NCBI RefSeq assembly: GCF_036321535.1
Contig: NC_087436.1
Span: 97,528,001-97,592,000 of the forward strand
DNA from: Camelus dromedarius
Taxonomy: Eukaryota
Length of the DNA stretch: 64,000 nt
Reading direction: 5' to 3'
The stretch's first letter is position 1. The number at the start of each line of letters is the position of its first letter. The position numbers were made by a program, and so were the translations under genes. Positions 62,456 through 64,000 of this stretch are shown here, piece by piece. Under the pieces are notes generated by a model. The model made no database searches. It was given only the letters and a program-made list of their open reading frames with translations, and was not told where the DNA came from.

Positions 62456-62733
62456 CAGAGTCTCCCAACCTTAGCCCCGTTGACATTTTGGGTTGGATCA
62501 TTATTTGTTGTGGGAGCCTGTTCTATGAACTGTGGGATGTTTAACAGCACTCCTAGCATGTACTCACTACCTGATTGTAGCACCTTCTCTTCCCTCAAGT
62601 TGCAATAAGAAGAAATATCCCCAGATACTGCCAAATTCCCCTGGGTGGAGGGTGAGGGGTGGGGAGTAGGGAGGTGGCTGGAAATCAAAAGTCTCTCCCC
62701 CCACGACACACATACGCTGTTTAAAAACCACTG
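62456..62733 (+). mobile_element. MER20 (hAT-Charlie) with G-rich insertion near one end
   Basis: 'gttgacattttgggttggatcattatttgttgtggg...tgtgggatgtttaacagcactcctagc...ccagatactgccaaattcccctggg...aaccactg'. Confidence 0.85.
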
Positions 62734-62832
62734 TACTGGACCAAACTCCCAAAGCATAAAGACTGCAAAGACTGCGCCACTCTTTTGTTCTCCAGCATTT
62801 TCACAGTGGTTGACACCTAATCATTAAATATA

Positions 62833-63020
62833 CAGTTAATCCTTGGACAGCAAGGGAGTGAATTAGAATATAACTTACAGTTGGCCTGTATCCACTGTTG
62901 CCCGGCATTTGTGGATGCAACTAACCACAGACCATGTAGTGCTGTAATTCTGACTACTGAAAATTAACTGCACCAAGTTCAGCCTGCTGGTTCAAACCTG
63001 TGTTGTTCAAGGGTCAACTG
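62833..63020. mobile_element. TcMar-Tigger2-derived MITE
   Basis: TIRs 'cagttaatccttggaca' / 'tgttcaagggtcaactg'; TA at left flank, TG at right. Confidence 0.85.
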
Positions 63021-64000
63021 TGCACTGCAAACAGAGAAAGAACAAACCTCGTAGAATTAAAAAGAAAATCACTATAAAAGTTTATCATTTATTTAAAGAG
63101 TCAGATACCTATTTAGTAATTTGCAAACTATGTTTTTATGTTAAATTTTGGTTACTAAAATTGTGTAAATGTATTTTTTTCCTCAATTTTAAACAATGAA
63201 TCTCTACAGGAAAAATGCTCAAAAAGAGAATCCTAGGGTGGTTTTTTCTTTCCATTTTCATTTTTTTATTTCAGCTAAAAGCTATGAGTGCTAAACACTC
63301 AAGACAATAAGCATTATTTTCAAAGGACTGCAAATTTGTGTGAGCTCAGAGAAAAGCCTCAAACACTTGTGGTTGTTTATGCCTTGTGCTATTCCCATGT
63401 CTTTCATGAATCTATCTTCTATCAGTTTCTCCTCCTTCCATAAAATATATTTCCACTTATTGAATGGTGTAAATTTTTCAAACACACAGCAATTTTCATG
63501 GCATATATGGAAAAAATGGATAAATCTATAGGAATTTAGGTGTAGTTAAAATTGGACTCATGATTTATGAGGTCTGCAGAATGTCTAACAGCAAGACCCA
63601 TCAGATAACTGCCTCAGGATGACATTTCATCACTTTTTTAATATTTAAAATATAATAGTTTCATCAAATTTATCAACAAGATATGTTTTGATGTTTTCCT
63701 GGTATTTAAGAAGCTCAGTATTCATCTTTGCATTATCATATTGATGTATTTCCTCCAAATTTTCAAAAGCTAGGATTTTATGTCTTCATAAGAATCAATG
63801 GTTTAGATGCTCTGTCATGCTATATTCGAATAAACTAAATTTATTAGAGCTATCTATTAAAATCAATTTGAGCCATGATAATGTTTAAAAGTTTCTTTCT
63901 ATCCCTGGTACCTGCTTCAGCAGAAACCAAATAGAACAAAAATCGGTGGGTTAAACCAGGGATTGTAAATATGTCTTGATAGGAGATTCTAAGTGTATCT

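Overview
AT-rich, CpG-depleted mammalian non-coding DNA (intergenic or deep-intronic). It is most likely camelid (camel/alpaca/llama): two tRNA-Ala(AGC)-derived SINEs resemble the camelid Vic-1 family, and the young L1 3' ends are of cetartiodactyl type. I found no supportable protein-coding exon, RNA gene or CpG island; the supplied ORFs are chance or repeat-derived, apart from an L1 ORF2 C-terminal remnant. Much of the window is interspersed repeat: about 19 LTR-class pieces (MaLR MLT1, ERVL LTR33/LTR16/MLT2-like, four ERV1-type solo LTRs, a decayed ERVL-type RT-RNaseH-integrase fossil), L1, L2, MIR, SINEs and MER/Tigger DNA transposons. Subfamily names come from recalled consensus similarity, and boundaries of old repeats are approximate. 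The best leads are a diverged ~98-bp tandem duplication carrying a repeated motif cassette (43.1-43.3 kb), a promoter-like patch flanked by two outward-facing consensus 5' splice sites (30.3-30.5 kb), a 25-bp-stem hairpin beside a near-identical duplicated MIR core (49.4-50.1 kb), a short L1 3' transduction, and a 16:3 orientation bias of LTR elements. I cannot support a claim of a new biological system here.
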